Source: Holophagae bacterium
GTDB taxonomy: Bacteria; Acidobacteriota; Thermoanaerobaculia; Thermoanaerobaculales; Sulfomarinibacteraceae
NCBI GenBank assembly: GCA_030637505.1
Contig: DAOWGJ010000058.1
Location: forward strand, 1-41,663
DNA: 41,663 nt
Direction: 5' to 3'
Part shown: positions 40,311 to 41,663 of the stretch, one piece after another
Layout of the letters: every line of letters begins with the position of its first letter
How positions within the stretch are numbered: the first letter of the stretch is position 1
Program-made: the position numbers and the translations under genes
The notes under the pieces: model-generated
Database searches by the model: none
What the model was told of the DNA's origin: nothing
The model's input: only the letters and a program-made list of their open reading frames with translations

Positions 40311-40341
40311 TCGTTGGGAAGAGACTCAAAGGAGTACGAGA

Positions 40342-41064
40342 ATGCATGAGACCGGTGAAATGAATGACTTCAGTTACGAGCACTTTTTTGATGTCGGGGA
40401 TTTCCGGCATGGCGATCTCTTCGTGTCAGGAGAAGGCGCGTGGACGGCTCTTGGCGATCGCCTCAAGGCCTATCTCGAGGCCTGGGCTTCCTGGAATATT
40501 CAAAGCGAGCTTCATCCGGGCGTGCATCTGCTGGGCGATCGAATTTCGATCGGCGAAGGATGTCGGGTCGAACCCGGAGCGGTGATCGTCGGTCCAGCCG
40601 TCATCGGTGATGGGGTGCAGATCCGGACGGGCGCCTACGTTCGGGAGCACGTAATCCTGGGCGATGGAAGCATTGTCGGGGCGCACTCCGAGGTCAAGGG
40701 TTCGGTCCTTTTTCCCGGTGCCAAGGCGCCGCACCAAGCCTACGTCGGGGATTCGCTCCTGGGGAGGGACGTCAACCTGGGGGCCGGCACCATTCTCTCC
40801 AACGTCAAGAACATCGGGCGCGAAGTCTGCTTCAGGGCCGGTGGCCAGGTGATCCACACCGGCCTGAGGAAGTTCGGCGCCGTCCTGGGCGACGGCTGCA
40901 AGACAGGTTGTAACACCGTACTCAATCCCGGTGTATTGATGGGACCGGGCTCGGTCACCTATCCCAACGCGACCCTTCGGTCGGGTTTCTACCCGCCCGG
41001 TACCCTGGTCAAGGTCCGGCAACAGCAGCAGACGGTTGAAATGGACCGGATCCGAGGTCTGTAG
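40342..41064 (+). CDS. Left-handed beta-helix (hexapeptide repeat) acyl/acetyltransferase, similar to the GlmU C-terminal domain
   Basis: IGDGVQIRTGAYVREHVILGDGSIVGAHSEVKGSVLF...HQAYVGDSLLGRDVNLGAGTILSNVKN...GAVLGDGCKTGCNTVLNPG. No nucleotidyltransferase domain is present. Confidence 0.75.
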   Translation: MHETGEMNDFSYEHFFDVGDFRHGDLFVSGEGAWTALGDRLKAYLEAWASWNIQSELHPGVHLLGDRISIGEGCRVEPGAVIVGPAVIGDGVQIRTGAYVREHVILGDGSIVGAHSEVKGSVLFPGAKAPHQAYVGDSLLGRDVNLGAGTILSNVKNIGREVCFRAGGQVIHTGLRKFGAVLGDGCKTGCNTVLNPGVLMGPGSVTYPNATLRSGFYPPGTLVKVRQQQQTVEMDRIRGL

Positions 41065-41070
41065 ATCAGG

Positions 41071-41445
41071 ATGAAAGAGGTCCAACCGGTGCTGGTCGTC
41101 GCACTGGACGATTTGATGGTCTGGGAGGGCCTGGATCGCCTGGATTACCTCAAGATCGACGTTGAAGGTGCAGAACATCAAGTTCTGCTGGGCGCGAAAA
41201 AGACAATCGAGAAATTCCGTCCGATCATACAAATGGAAGTCAGTATTCGCGACGTTGGAGTTGATCTTCCTGATTATTCGGCCTTTAATTCGCCGCAGTG
41301 CCAAGGGTACCCCACCAATATCGGTGGTCAGTCCAGGAGTTTTCAGGGCACAACAACGGACCAGGCAGATGTCAATCCGGACTCGAAGCCGTCGGCAAAG
41401 ATCGGGGTGCCGCCAAGCAGGGTCTGCCAGGCGCCGCGGCCGTAG
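41071..41445 (+). pseudogene. C-terminal fragment of an FkbM-family methyltransferase, lacking the SAM-binding N-terminal half
   Basis: LDYLKIDVEGAEHQVLLGAKKTIEKFRPIIQMEV is the FkbM C-terminal signature. Only about 80 aa look family-like. The remainder is read-through overlapping the convergent gene. Confidence 0.5.
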
Positions 41446-41663
41446 GTGCCGGCGGTCAATACATGCGGGTCATCGTCGATCTCCAGGTCGGTGACCACCG
41501 AGCCGAGAGGGAAGCCGTTCATGGCGACGGTGAAGGTGTCGCCGCCGTCGCTGCTGGCGAAGACTCCCACGTCGGTTGCCACGAAGACCTGGAGGGGGTC
41601 GAGAGGATCGACGGCCACCGAGTTGGCAGGCACGTTCGGCAGCCCGGCGCCCACCCCGGTCCA
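41343..41663 (-). CDS. C-terminal part of a secreted beta-propeller (BNR/sialidase-like repeat) protein; the gene continues beyond the window
   Basis: VFVATDVGVFASSDGGDTFT and LTAGTYGRGAWQT repeats, with a C-terminal FADGFESGLTSAW tail. The frame is open to the window edge. Confidence 0.65.
   Translation of the reverse strand, partial: WTGVGAGLPNVPANSVAVDPLDPLQVFVATDVGVFASSDGGDTFTVAMNGFPLGSVVTDLEIDDDPHVLTAGTYGRGAWQTLLGGTPIFADGFESGLTSAWSVVVP

Overview
GC-rich bacterial chromosomal window, probably from an Acidobacteriota-like Gram-negative lineage (guessed from gene content only). It is dominated by housekeeping genes with canonical GGAGG-type Shine-Dalgarno sites and many 4-nt ATGA start/stop overlaps. 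Minus-strand block 1: rpsU-mutS2-dnaG, with dnaG running off the window and carrying an in-frame TGA, plus a coiled-coil lipoprotein. Plus-strand block 1: a GAF/acidic-repeat protein, an Slt-type lytic transglycosylase and an 11-heme cytochrome c fused to a cytochrome b membrane domain (CbcL-like). It continues as a tightly coupled chain: Trm112-like, O-antigen-ligase-like, xseA, xseB, ispA and a 1292-aa double GT-C membrane protein. Then come a long-chain acyl-CoA ligase, a cytoplasmic hybrid histidine kinase, a membrane-anchored M1 peptidase, a LiaF-like/LytS/LytTR module, tlyA and an OsmC-family gene. Minus-strand block 2: EF-G-2-type paralogue, purC, rpsT, cpoB(ybgF), pal. The last block holds a SpoU/TrmH methyltransferase, class A PBP, thioredoxin-like lipoprotein, GAF-PP2C phosphatase, GlmU-like hexapeptide transferase, an FkbM fragment and a partial beta-propeller gene. 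I saw no rRNA, tRNA, CRISPR array, transposase or recognisable defence system. The unusual content is non-coding. (i) Short tandem arrays built on AGCTGNC/GCTGACA heptamers sit at gene 3' ends. (ii) A ~200-270 nt intergenic element occurs twice, with a 16-19 bp stem kept intact by compensatory changes. (iii) A ~120-bp inverted repeat (96% identical over its outer 80 bp) brackets the PP2C gene and carries outward-facing promoter-like sequences. (iv) A promoter-leader-terminator unit with a possible antiterminator lies upstream of the TrmH-like gene. All calls come from reading the sequence and from remembered family motifs; no searches were run.
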